Assembly: GCA_964016885.1 (NCBI GenBank)
Contig: OZ024743.1
Coordinates: forward strand, 301,196,001 to 301,260,000
Direction: 5' to 3'
DNA length: 64,000 nucleotides
DNA from: Eledone cirrhosa
Taxonomy: Eukaryota
Below the pieces are notes generated by a model. That model saw only the letters and a program-made list of their open reading frames with translations, was not told where the DNA came from and made no database searches. The translations under genes and the position numbers were made by a program. Every line of letters begins with the position of its first letter. The first letter of the stretch is position 1. This document shows positions 15,494 to 28,436 of this stretch, one piece after another.

Positions 15494-16235
15494 GGATGGA
15501 CAACAAGAGTAGCTGATCTTAACTACATTCCTATTAAAAATCTTTTAAACACTCAGATAAACGAACATCAACAGCCCTCGCAAGTAAGGTATGGGATCTC
15601 AAGGATAGTAATATCCCGTACTCTATTGATTGGTCTATATTAGACCATTCGAGGGAGTACCAAAGGGGCACAAAGAATTGTTCTTTGTGTACCACAGAAA
15701 AGTATAGGATTTTGCTAAACTTGAGAGACACTTCCGCTTGCCTTAACTCTAAGACTGAGATCTTCAGATGCTGTCCTCATCTGAAATCGCATCTGATCTG
15801 TAACTGGATTGACACTCCTACGATAAATCAACCGCCTTGAACTCCTTCTCTGCTCTTTACTTTTGCTACGGCTTTTATTTTGCTGCTTCTACCTTCTGTA
15901 CTCTTGTATTTAAAAAATATTTTTTTCTCCCTTACCTCCCTTTATATTTTTACCTCCTCTAGGCCCCCCACCCCATATATTCTTTTTGTTTTGCCCTTCA
16001 CATACCTATGTGTATGTGTATGTATTTTTGTGTGTATATATGTATATGTGTACGTATATGTTTGTGTATGTATATATATATGTGTATGTATGTATGTATA
16101 TGTATGTGTGTGTATATGTGTGTATGTATATATGTCTGTATATATATATATATATATATATATGTACATGTATATATATATGTATATATATATATGTGTG
16201 TGTGCGTGTCTGTATGTGTGTATATATTTGTATAT

Positions 16236-16293
16236 TTCATTCTGAAGATTGAAGGAAACTTTTTTTGCTTTTAAGAAACCTCTGGTGAATGGA
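16236..16293 (+). ncRNA. Hammerhead-like motif with GUG triplet (mirror of 14522-14579)
   Basis: CATT-CTGAAGA...GAAAC-CTCTG-GTG-AATG. Confidence 0.65.
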
Positions 16294-16435
16294 TTAATTG
16301 CCTTGTATGGCTTTATTACTTTACTACTATATATACGTTTATGTAAGGTTCATTTGTCTTATCTAATACTGAGCTTTACACATACACACATGTATATGTG
16401 TGTGTGTATGTGTATGCATGTGTGTATGTGTACGT

Positions 16436-16469
<34 letters not shown>

Positions 16470-16750
16470 TTGTGTATATATATGTGTATATATATATATG
16501 TATATGTATATATGTATATATGTATATGTACGTGTATGTATGTATATGTTGCGTGTGTTTTTATTTATTTTTATGTATGTGTGGGTTTGTGTGTGGGTGT
16601 GTGTGTGTGTATATATGTGTGTGTGTTTGTATTTGGTTGTGCGTTCTTTTGATATATACGTATTTGCATGTGTATAATTGTTTAGCTATGTATGTATATG
16701 TGTGTTTACGTATTTATATGTGTGTGTGCGTTTATATTTTTATATTTTTG

Positions 16751-16797
<47 letters not shown>

Positions 16798-17248
16798 GTG
16801 TGTGTGTGTGTATATAATTACATATACATGTGTGTGTTTATATTGTATACGTGTACGTGTTTGCGTATGTATGTGTATGTACGTGTTTATGTATTTGTAT
16901 ATGTATATTTATGTGTGAGAGTGTGTGTATGTGTTTACTATTTCGAACGTATGTATATGCGCTTATGTGTGTATTACTTACCACGCGTGTCTGTCCTGTT
17001 AGCTGGGGCATGTATCGCTGTCAAATATTTGTTAATATTATTTATATATTTTTTTCTTATATTTATTTGCGTGTGTTAATATGTAGTGGAGTGCATTCAT
17101 GTATGTGTATGTATGTACGTTGTATGTTTGTGTGAATGTATGTATATGTGTGTGTATATATATGTGTGTGTGTATGTGTAGGCTTGTACACACACATGTG
17201 TGTGTGTGTGTGTGTGTGTGTATGTATATGTGTATATGTGTGTATATG

Positions 17249-17292
<44 letters not shown>

Positions 17293-17314
17293 GATATGTA
17301 CATGTGTATATATA

Positions 17315-17350
<36 letters not shown>

Positions 17351-17451
17351 CGTGTGTATGTATGAATATATGTATGTGTATATGTGTGTATATATATGTG
17401 TATGTGTGTGTAGGTGTACGCTCTTTATATATATATATGTGTATGTATGTG

Positions 17452-17510
<59 letters not shown>

Positions 17511-17723
17511 TATGTATGTGTATGTGTATATGTGTATGCGTGCAAATTATATGTGTATATATGTGTGTGTGTGTAAGTATGCTTTTGGGTTTTTTTGTGT
17601 GTGTTTGCATGTGTAGTTTTATTTTATTTTATTTTTCCTTTCCTTCTCCCTTTTCCAGCCTCACTTTCATATAGATTGCATTTTCGTTTTTAGAATCCAT
17701 ATTCAATAAACAAACCAGGATTT

Positions 17724-17781
17724 TTCATTCTGGGGATTGAAAGCAAAACCTTTTGCTTTTAAGAAACCACTGGTAAATGGA
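17724..17781 (+). ncRNA. Hammerhead (mirror of 13049-13106) with core change CTGGGGA
   Basis: Same stems as the left-arm copy; A6 replaced by G. Confidence 0.7.
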
Positions 17782-17808
17782 ATAATTGCCTTATGTTGTT
17801 TATTACAT

Positions 17809-17844
<36 letters not shown>

Positions 17845-19715
17845 CCTTTGCAAGCAGCAGGGGAAAGCGGACGAAATATGTTGATATATATGTGTGTGAC
17901 GCTGCACTTGTAGACTACGTTTTTCCCCATGCATTCATTACTAATGGGGCATAGTGATGGGTTTCTGCAATTGCAAGAAGTGTTAAGCCCCTGCACATGT
18001 ACCGTGGAAGCTCAAACTTGAAGGGACCCCGCACTCTTTGGTCTGGTCCGTGGTTAGGAAGGTTCCTCCAGACAGAGGTGGCTCTGCTATTTTCAACCTC
18101 TGTCTTACTGAGACACTCGAGATACTTCATGGCGGAACCAAGCTATTAAACAGAAGGGCCGACTTATTCGGCACCTGCGGACACCTTAGGACGGGAACTT
18201 TCCTCAAGCTATGTGGATAAACCCCGGATACGGCCTCACACAACGCCCTTTTCCTCCCACCCTAACCCCCGACCACCCTTTAGTAGTAATTTCGGCAGTC
18301 TTATAATAGGCTAGCACCGCCCCGTACATCTTCAGACACACCGCCCCCATAGGCACACTCCCGTAGCTCATCACATACTGGGCAAGCTCTAATGAAATGC
18401 CGAGATACATGAAATGTGAGCCCCCCTCCCTGTAGGGCTCCCTACACCCCGTACCAATGACCAATGGGCAACAATACCCACCCATAGTTTGTGGTCCCCA
18501 AAGTGGATTGTCCACCACATCTTCTACTGGTTAGGAGTCAGCAAAACCACGTTTTTTGAACCTGATGAACCCCCCCCCCCCCCCGGGAGTGCCCCATACA
18601 AGACGTGCGATTATCCTAAGGTATAACCCTATACGCATGAATGCGTTCCCGCAATCGTGCGTTGTGTGTGTATACCGGGATCAGGTGAATGTACGCACTT
18701 ATGTGAACACAATGAAATGCTATTAGCGAAGGTTGCATTTGAAAAATGTTCAAGTGTATGCTTAAGAGTATATTTGTGTATGCTCTCTTGTATGATGCAC
18801 ATGTGTATATAGACATACACACGCATCCAGAGGTATACACGTGTGGGTGGTTGCGTGTACCTGTATATGTCTGTACTAGGGAATCGCCTAAGCTCCTAAG
18901 CCCCTAAGCTATTGCTGTGAAGATATATATCACACCCTACTTTTGTCTAGTCTAAACAATAATTCTTCCTTTTTAATTTTTCTCTTTTGCAAACACCCAG
19001 TTTACTTTTCTTTAAAAATAACACCCACCTCCTTTTATACCTGCCATATACTTGAATATGGGGGCTTATTTTGTATATATACACGCACTTGTGTTTACAT
19101 ACATATATATACGCATCTGTATGGATTTGTGTGTGTAGATGTGTGTCTGTGTGTCTGTGAGGGTGGGTGTAAGTGTATGTACAAGTCAACCAACATAAGT
19201 CTTTTTTTATATGTAAACTTTCTAAGTATTTGACTCTAACTATGATTTTCATTATTACCACCCCACATAAATTCCTCAATTTAAGAATGCCCAATTTAAG
19301 AATTTCATATCTGACCAGGAATGCTTTTCTGTTAAAATCAGTCATGTGGAACTATTGTCATCTTGCTGGACGGTTTGAACTGTACAACACCACCTACCTT
19401 TTTGAGGTCAAATACCAATCCTACTAACATCTACAAACTGACCAATAAGATTTAAGATTATTCCTGCTGACAACATTAAATTATCCCTAACAAGTTCATA
19501 TGTCCCAAGGCTCTAAAACCATCAACACCAAAAAACACAGAGCTGGCATATCTAAGAACTTACTAACTGCCCGATGAGGTCATAGCCATACAATGCCTAT
19601 CATTGAAATATATATATAGCGGTAAATAAAGGATTATGAGTTCATACAATTGACTTATGTTTCGTTTACTATATATATTCTGCATATATAATGTATTGTG
19701 TGCTACACAATTATA
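17845..19715 (+). mobile_element. Degenerate Naiad-type PLE with an inverted 5' segment
   Basis: Minus strand 17880-18000 encodes CNCRNPSLCPISNECMGKNVVYKC; plus strand 18038-18220 encodes the EN C-terminus (WSVVRKV...NLCLTETLEIL...LLNRRADLFGTCGH); hammerhead plus AATAAA near 19.6 kb. Confidence 0.75.
19566..19623 (+). ncRNA. Degenerate type I hammerhead
   Basis: ACTGC-CCGATGA-GGTCATAG...CTATCATT-GAAAT-(AT)n-ATA-GCGGT followed by AATAAA. Confidence 0.6.
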
Positions 19716-20300
19716 TCTATATATATAAAGTTGTAGTACCTGTCTGTTTGTTTGTTAACGAACTCCTATGGGTTTGCAGATGACCCACATAACCATATGT
19801 ATTCTGAAACTACATTGCCCATGGTATTGAATACGTATATTTCATGTTAATCAAAGTGTTCCCCGGGGGCACAAACTCCCGCAGAAAAGCTTTTCCCTTC
19901 GTTGTATATGAAATTTAAACCGTAGGTAAATAACAAGATATGTTGCCTATTTACAAAATTTCAGCAAATTTCAATAATATTAAGACACGCTAATATACGC
20001 CCTATAGTGAACATTTGGGAAGCCCATAATTTGAGTATTGGAACATCTATTATCACGGTGTTTTTCTATTAATTGAACGTAAATCAACAAAAAAAGCACC
20101 TCATTTTAATAGTAAAATTTGGCTAAATTAATCATTTGAACTATGGCAAAACGTCACTAGAATTATGACAACAAAAAAATTATTATTTAATGCCTCTACT
20201 TGTTTTAACATTACCCCATTATTTTTTCTACATAAATTATATCAATCATTCTCTTAGAAAAAATGTGTTAAATGCAGCAAGGCGTGGTTAATTCCGCTGG
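19716..20300 (+). mobile_element. Non-autonomous Helitron (older copy)
   Basis: A|TCTATATATATAAAG...TGTCTGTTTGTTTG 5' end like the 666-1617 element; 3' GCAGCAAGGCGTGG remnant hairpin then CTGG|T. Confidence 0.65.
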
Positions 20301-20361
<61 letters not shown>

Positions 20362-23300
20362 ATTGAAGGAATGCGAGATTCCATATAACAAGAGCTATCA
20401 ATGATATTACGAGTATGTAGACTATGTCTACCGATTTAGTCCGAAATCAGTCGTTTTCGAAAATGAACACAAAGGTACCAATTCACCAGTTGGAACTTGA
20501 GAAACGATTGTTAATTTACACTGAAAAATGTAAATGATATTTAAATCGATAATTTATTAAAGGATCAGATTCCCTCCCATACCAATATTAAGGCTAATAT
20601 TACATAATGTTGTAATCTATAATTAACGGAAAATATTTGAGTTGATGATGAATGAGTAATAAGAATTGAAATATCATCTTCTCGAAAAAACAAATGAAGA
20701 AGTGGATTGTACTGATGGTTATCTATTTTAATTTCAAATCCATGCAACGGGAAATACGAAATCCTACATAAAACAAACTATTCAATGCAGAAATGCTCAA
20801 ACGTCCATCATCTTCACAAATAAACAGGCATTATAATCAAGGAAGCCAAGTCCACCAAGTACATATTCGAATATGATATGTGTTACAAGAGAGCAAACAA
20901 ATATACATTTTCCAGAATATTGGGAAAACTCAACCTTATTAAATATGTTGAAATACCTTTGGGGGGTAAAGTTTGCATTACTTAATGAACATCGAATATA
21001 AAACTAGTAACGTTTGTTTACCGAATATCGACGAAATTATGCGAAACATGTTATTACCAAATTCTGAACGCTTTCCATTCTCTTCACCAAAACATTTGAA
21101 CCTGACATCTCGAGTTCAAAATGCAAGATGTATAGAGCAGACAAATATGAAAGTAGCTTTTTTTTCTTAATGACAGAGATATGCTGACATTTTCAGAAAT
21201 GTGTAAACAAAAACATAATGATTGCCTTGATTGATGATTTTATATTATACTCATATCACATAATTAACACGTACCGATTCTAATTTCCAAGCTGTATACA
21301 AGCGAATATCGCTACTGAATGTCGTAGACGAATTCTACATAAAAGATATTTCATCTTCGACAAACATACATAAAGGAAAACCTCGGAAACATATTAAAAT
21401 ACATCATAATACATATCAATATTCAATGTGCAATGAAATTTATGAAGGGGATATTCCACTTTGGAAGATATTGTTATTCATGATTATTGATGTGCGGATT
21501 GAAACAGATATATTTTGTGAGCGCACAGTCTAAAAACATTACATATTAATCATATCCTGAATTCTTAATCATACGCAAACATATTGTACATGACTGAGGC
21601 TAACCGAATAGTTTCTAATCGCAAAATATGGGACTGAAGGCTAGTAGAGTTATAACATGACTTCATTCTTCGATGACTTCACTCAGTGACAAACGGATGA
21701 TATATTGTCAAATCATATCTATTCAAAAGTTATGGATGGCTAATAGGAGGCCTAAGGAAACACAATTCCATTCATATCAAAACACAGCACAAAACATTCT
21801 GAAATGTATAAACATATACTTTCGAATATAACTAATATTTTTTTAAATTTGAAACGGAAAACAATAAATAAATAACGACCACCCGACAAAAGTAAACATT
21901 TAAATATTTGGTAACAAATGCTACAAATCTAATGAAAATTCCCAATTAACGGGTAAAACAAGGTGGAAGACCTAAATCAGGAATTTATGGATATATGATG
22001 GATGGCCTGGGTTTTAGATTCACAGATGGACAATACCTAAACTCAAGAAATGTTTCATATTTTCATCAGATAATCTTCATTGTATTTTAATAGGCTTCGG
22101 AAGTAGGAGGAAATCCGTAGGAGAAATTGAAAATATTTTACAGCAAGGGAGAACCCACTATCGGCGGGCAATCCGGTAGAGACATATTGAAACAGATTAT
22201 ACTGAAAGGTATTTCTGACTTCACAAGTTTTCAATTTATCAAATTACAGATAAGATTACAGAAAAAACAAGAATCAATTAATTAAAGAAAAATCATGTAT
22301 TATCAAGTCACACGGCTACTGCTACGATTCTTATAGTTTTAAAATTTGCTTCAAAATCGTCCGATAACTCCATTCTACGATAACTCCTAAGATTAAATAA
22401 CATTTATTTAGAAGGAAAGATATAATTAAAAGAGAGGAACATTGTGAACTTGATGAAGTATAGATGACAGATGTCAATTAATAATTAATTACAGATAGTA
22501 GGGTATGTATGTGAATGTACGCCTTTATATACAGACATACACACACAAACACACACACGTATATATATCATACGTAAACATTATTTGTCTTTCCAGTATA
22601 GTTACGTCCCTTTACGATCTGAGTTCAAATCCCGCCGAGGTTGACTTTGCCTTTCATCCTTACGGGGTCGATAAAATAAAGTACCAGTAATGCACTGGTT
22701 AATTGCTGGCCTTGTGCCTAAAGTAGAAACAATTATTTATGTCTTCATTGTACTGTCTGGTTTCCTGTGTTATTAATATTTATATTTTTTATGTACGTAT
22801 ATATATATGTATAAACAGTGTTATATATGTGTATATGTGTGTGTGTGCTTATAATTGTCTGCGTGCATGTGTATTTAAGAGCTGCCACTAGCATTTGAAT
22901 GGATACTCACGTAGCGCTTTAAGAGTTTAAAATAACAGACTGTCTTTAAATGAAATACCAGTGCGCCAGACCTCCCTTTCACACAAACCATGTTTCTGTA
23001 AAACTACATAAAGTTAAAATAAAAATATATGGAATTTTATAATTTTGTTCAATCGAACAGAAAACGAATTCTTCCAAAAATTGGTTGATTTCAAATTATA
23101 TTACTCTGATATAATCCTATTTTGAATTATACATAGATTTAATTTTTTATTTCCTTTAGTTTACGTTTGCTTTTTAATAAAAGGACGAATGAAATATAAC
23201 AAAGAATAAATAGAAAATTTCCACCCAGTTGAATCTACAATGAGATACGTCCCAGAATTTATAAATTGAAATAGAAATCTTTGACTGCAAATTCAATCAG

Positions 23301-23859
23301 CTGAATTATCTAAACAGTTCATTTCATATTTAAAGAAATAGTACATCTCTCTGACACGGTCACTTAAAATTTCAGCCGTGATATTTCTAGTCTCAAAATA
23401 ACATTCATATTCACACACAAAGTGAAAACACAATCAGTAATGATCTATGACGATTTCTGTTTCGGCATACGTCCATAAATAAATAAATAAATATATACGT
23501 ACATACAAATACACATATTTATATAAAGAAAACAGATATCTTTTTTTTATTTGCCAATAATATAAAGAAAATAGATAGTAGGTTAGTTAGATAGATATAT
23601 GTCTTTGAGTATGAATTGGACATGACATTGCAAAAATTAGCAGTTTCATTTGCTTAAATAATCTTTAATATCCTGAGAGGTGTAAACGAAGTATGCATGT
23701 ATGTATCCATCTATGTATCAGCAGTGCTAGGTCAAGAAATAATTTATTTTTAGTTTTCGTTAAATCGCTTGGTATGCAGATGAGGCTACTCACCTGATGT
23801 GTACTTAAGAACATTCTCTATATTTTCAACCGTTCAACAGACTGGCAAAGGGTAATGGC

Positions 23860-24020
23860 CCCAACACATCTTGATTGTTCCTCAATGCCAGTGTTGAACA
23901 AACGGATGACAATTTATAGTCGGCACAGCACAGCATTAATCCGGCCGTTTGTTTACAAACGAATCGAGTATCTTTGATTAATGTTCGATATAACCCACGC
24001 GTACATACGTACATATGTAC
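23860..24020 (+). mobile_element. Diverged fragment of the 53044-53830 PLE family
   Basis: Shares CAGTGTTGAACAAACG, TTTGTTT-CAAAC, AATGTTCG, CGTACATA in the same order as 53560-53680. Confidence 0.5.
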
Positions 24021-24059
24021 ATATGTTTATATATGTGTGTACGTATGCAACCTTATCTG

Positions 24060-24099
<40 letters not shown>

Positions 24100-24106
24100 G
24101 GGGGGG

Positions 24107-24143
<37 letters not shown>

Positions 24144-24144
24144 T

Positions 24145-24189
<45 letters not shown>

Positions 24190-24239
24190 TGTGTCCGTGC
24201 GTGCGCTTGTGTGTATGTTACTGTGTGTCTGTGCTACAT

Positions 24240-24420
24240 TTTTTGAGAAGAGTACCACCCCTTCATTCAACGTTGCTGGATCATGTGTTGGCAGGTGACT
24301 TTTCAAACCCGGTTTCGTGTTGTCAACACCTTCACAGATGTGACACTTAAACTGGCAATAGCATCGTGGGTGTGTCTTCCCACTTTCAACCATAGCTGGT
24401 CATTTGACCAGCTGACGTTC
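24240..24420 (-). mobile_element. RTE-like LINE 3'-end fragment
   Basis: [23 protein letters not shown], a C2H2-like terminal motif as at ~6600-6677. Confidence 0.5.
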
Positions 24421-24779
24421 ACACTCACTGCAAATGTACCGTAGAGTGCGTGGAGTTATAACCATCACACAAGTGACTAATGTGATTTCAGATAATTGAC
24501 ATTTCAGAGAAGAAATCAGCCATATACATTACATCTCGATTCCTGCTGTATTTTGCATGCACTACCCTTGTATCCTGCTAACGGATTGACAAACATTTTC
24601 TACTCGTTTTGTTTTCAAATACATCACATCATTACTTCATCATTCTCCACTATATAGAGTTCAGCCATTATCTACCAGTTCTCGATATCAAAATTCAGAG
24701 CTTTAAGATTGTGTTTTCTGACATCCCAAAACTGTTTCTTTGCTTTATGTAGTGTCCGTTTTTCCTCTAGTCAGTACCA

Positions 24780-25310
24780 GAAAAGGCAAATGCCATGTAC
24801 AATAGACCCATTGGGAAATTGCATGTGGAGACAGATATTTTCCTGACAGGAAAGGTCGTGAGGTGGTAGAACGCTTTGTGTATCTTGGAGGTACACTTAT
24901 TAAAAGTAGTGCTAACGTTTCTGAAATAGATAAAAGCATTGCAAAGGCGCATCTTGCTTTCGGGAGGCTTGATGGCAGAGTCTGGGCAGATAGGAGTATG
25001 ACAAGAGACAAAAAGCTCTGTGTGTATGAGGCCGGCCTTCTTACAGCCCTCCTATTCGGATGCAAAATGGGAACAACATATAGGCATACATCTGACAGCT
25101 AGAATGGCTTCGTCAACAATGCATCCGATGCAACATGACAATCAAGTTGTCCTCTTATCCAGCTGATGTTGCTGTACTTGAGATATCGACCAGTATTAGT
25201 ATCGCGAAGTGGACTATTATGAAACAGACGCGCTGGATTATTCATGTGGTCGGGTTTGAGATAGGATGACTACTTAATCAGTTAATCTATAGGGAGTTGA
25301 GCAGCAGCTG
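24780..25310 (+). mobile_element. RTE-like LINE RT C-terminal fragment
   Basis: VVERFVYLGG...EIDKSIAKAHLAFGRL...LLFGC. Confidence 0.8.
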
Positions 25311-25425
25311 TGTATCCATACATACTTCTATATGCATTGACACACACACAAACACACACACACAAACACACACACACACACGGACACACACATATATATA
25401 TAGGCGTGTGTGCATGTGTGTGTGT

Positions 25426-27992
25426 GAGGTCACTCCTGGGTGCTACTGGTAACATGTAACCCAGTACAAACTCTTCCATGGTCGGGTCATCGGAGCCAAA
25501 ACCGGCAAACCAATCAGGCTTGCTTGGTGAGGAGGGTGATTATTGGATATACCGCAGGCTGAAAAGCAAAACCTGTCAAAGGGCGGAGGAACTCGTGAGA
25601 GTCAACGGGCATCCGTTAGCATGTATATATGTGGGTTGCAGTCAGGTCAGGTGGTTCTGGTTTCCCTGGATTGTCCTACTCCCTGCCACATTGAGCCACC
25701 TGGAGGCTGTTAGCCTCTGCAAGTAGTCCATCTAGGAGAAGGAAAACTCTGAAGCAAAACATCCGCTACCTTGCAGTGCTATCCAAATATGGGAACGTTT
25801 CAGTAGTAAACCTTGTCAAAAATTCAGGCGTCGGAGCCGCTAAGGCAGTTCGTCGTTGATTACAATTTCGTTTTGGCAGCTCATACGACAGCACTGCTGC
25901 CCAAATGTAGCAGGTTGGCTGCTCCTTTGGTTCCAGCAGTGTTGTGGATATAGGGTGCATTATTCATGGGCATTCTGTGCTCGAAACCACAGCCCCAGGC
26001 TTGTATGCAGCCACTCCCTTCTACGCATCACTGATCAACACAAACTGCACCATACACCTAGAGAGGACACTACAGTTTGGCGTAAAAGCAAGGCGCCATG
26101 GGTTTTCAGATCTCACTGGAAGGTTATCACCCGCCTCAATCTAGGTAGCCCCCAGTCAGTAAGGTTCTGTCCCATTACAGCTTGCATCCATCATTGGTTG
26201 CATAAAGATTAAGATTCACCCGAACAGCAGACTGCAAACTTTGCACAAGGTAAAACAACCAAGCAACAAAAAGAGACCAACTCTAATATTAGGGATTTGG
26301 AATATCCGGACAATGACTGGCCTTTCCAACAACATACTGAACATCAGTGACTGCAGAAAAACAGCTGTGATGAAGATCGAGCTGAAGAGATTTATGTGGA
26401 CATTGCCACCTTTCAGGAAACGTGACTGGCTAACCCGAGTACACTGAATGACAAAAACACGTTCTACTGGCAGGGGAGGGTCTCAGACGAGCCCAGAGAT
26501 CAGGGAGCAGGCTTCGCAGTGAGGAATAGCCTGCTAAATATCGTAGAACCAGTGAATAATGGCTCACAGAGACCTCTGACTCTCCGCCTCAACACCAGAG
26601 TGGTTCCCATCACTCGTAGTCATTGTGTATTCCCCAACGCTGTCCTCCATATTAGACACAAAGGATAGGTTCTATAAGAATATTGCATCCATAATCAACA
26701 ACATTCCCAACAGGGTATAACTAATTCTCCTTGGCGATTTCAAAGCCAGAGTGTGTGCGGATCATGACTCATGGGCCTTCTGCCTTGGACAGTTTGGTGT
26801 GGGAAAAATGAATGATTATAGGGACCGCCTTTTCAAGCTGTGCACTTCTTACAACCTGTGCATCACCAACTTCTACTACCGCACCAAACCGCAACATAAA
26901 GTTTCCTGGAGACATCATCGCTCAAAGAACTGGAACTAGCTTGACCTCATTCTGGTAAGACGTACCGTCATCAAGAACGTTTTCGAAACACGCTCCTACC
27001 ACAGCGCAGACAGTGATATAGACCACTCCTTGGTGTATTGCAACATCAGGCTGCCGCCAAGGAGATTTCTTCGAGTGAAGAAACAAGGGAATCTCAGTAA
27101 GATGTACCTAGATTTAGTAACTAGATTTTGTAAAGCAATTCATGGCGGCTTTCAAGATATAATTTCACACCTCTCAAACTGGGGGCTCATGCTGCTAAAC
27201 ATCATGCACAGCAAAGCCTTGTCTATATTTGGAAAGAGGGTCTTGAAAACGCATGACTGTTGTGAGACCAAGACCATTAAGATGTTCCCTATCATGTAGC
27301 CAAGCGTGCTGCCGTAGCTAAGTACAAACGATTGCCCAGCCAAAGGAGCCTGCAGACATTCAAAACTGCCAGAAGCAAGATTCAACAGACAGCAACGTTA
27401 ATGGGTACTGAACACAGCTCAGAAAGGACATCCAGGCAGCGGCCGTAACAGGGAACATCGTAGACATGTATGATGGCATCAAGAAAGCATTGGGACCGGT
27501 CGAGAGCAAGGCAACTCCAATGAAATAAATCACAGTGGCCGACAGATAGAGAGAATGGTGGAGCAGTACTCTGACCTCTACTCCAGACAGAACACCTTGT
27601 CCTTACCGGCTCTTGATGCTGTTACACTGACCATTAGCCTTGGGAAGACAAACGTCTTGGGACAGGACACAGAGGCAACACCGGTCATCAAAATCGATGA
27701 TTATGAGTCGACGTCATCCATCAGTTTACCTACCACGGTTCCACCATCACCGACAATCTCTCACTCAGCACAGAACTCGACAGGAGGATCGGGAAGGTAC
27801 CCACAACATTTGCCCACCTCACAACCCGAGTGTGGACAAAACCCAAGCTGGTGGTAAATATGAAGAGGGCTGTGTACGATGCCTGTGTCATCGGCACACT
27901 GCTGTATGGAAGTGAGACATGGTCCCCATATGCTAAACAGGAGAGGCGGCTCAACACCTTTCATCTAAGAGGCCTCCGCCGTATCCTGAGAA
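25426..27992 (+). mobile_element. Degenerate RTE-clade LINE (5' UTR, APE endonuclease, internally deleted RT)
   Basis: APE motifs LGIWNIRTM, LLGDFKARV, LDLIL, DHSLV; RT tail VYDACVIGTLLYGSETW...RLNTFHLRGLRRIL; multiple stops and frameshifts. Confidence 0.88.
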
Positions 27993-28199
27993 CTCTGTAT
28001 CGTGTTATTCTTCACTCCTTTATTTTATATATGCATATCTATATATACATATATCAATGATATTAATAAATGGAAACTATATTTATAAAAGATATTTATT
28101 CCATTATAGACTATCCAGGAAAATGTGAACCGTAAATACCTCCTTCCTGGATATATCAATATTTATAAAATAAACTTTGTATGTTATCTGATTATCTTG

Positions 28200-28436
28200 A
28201 CCGACCAGTCTGTCGTGCGCCAATTGGCGCCGCTGGTCACAGCACGTCGTGCTGTTTTGACCATAAGTTAACGCCACCCCACTGGCTGGACGGGCAGGCC
28301 GGTACTCATTTCTACAGCTGAGTAAACTGGAGCAACGTGAAATAAAGTGTCTTGCTCAAGGAAACAACACATCACAAGGTCCGAGAATTGAACTCACAAT
28401 CTTTCGATTTTAAGCCAAATGCTCTAACCAATAAGC
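28200..28436 (-). mobile_element. tRNA-derived SINE, second family (another copy ~50085-50190, -)
   Basis: TGGTTAGAGCA A-box, GAGTTCAATTC B-box, body CCTTGAGCAAGACACTTTATTTCACGTT; truncates the adjacent PLE arm. Confidence 0.8.

Noticed and set aside
18560-18600. CTGATGA followed by a poly-C run, hammerhead-like start (also CTGATGA at ~2931(-) and 49214)
   Set aside because: No matching GAAA and stem III at a suitable distance
20350-22400. AT-rich stretch that might be a decayed DNA transposase (similar impression at 55300-57150)
   Set aside because: No identifiable catalytic motif, terminal repeat or sustained reading frame by eye
22910-22994. Exon-like segment on - (ttttacag| ... |gtgagt), ~85 nt
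   Set aside because: The frame continuing from the IGFBP exon stops after a few codons; the one open frame has no CCN similarity
23953-24393. Cys/His-containing ORF considered as the CCN VWC exon
   Set aside because: Pattern is a C2H2-like RTE LINE terminus running into a microsatellite, not VWC
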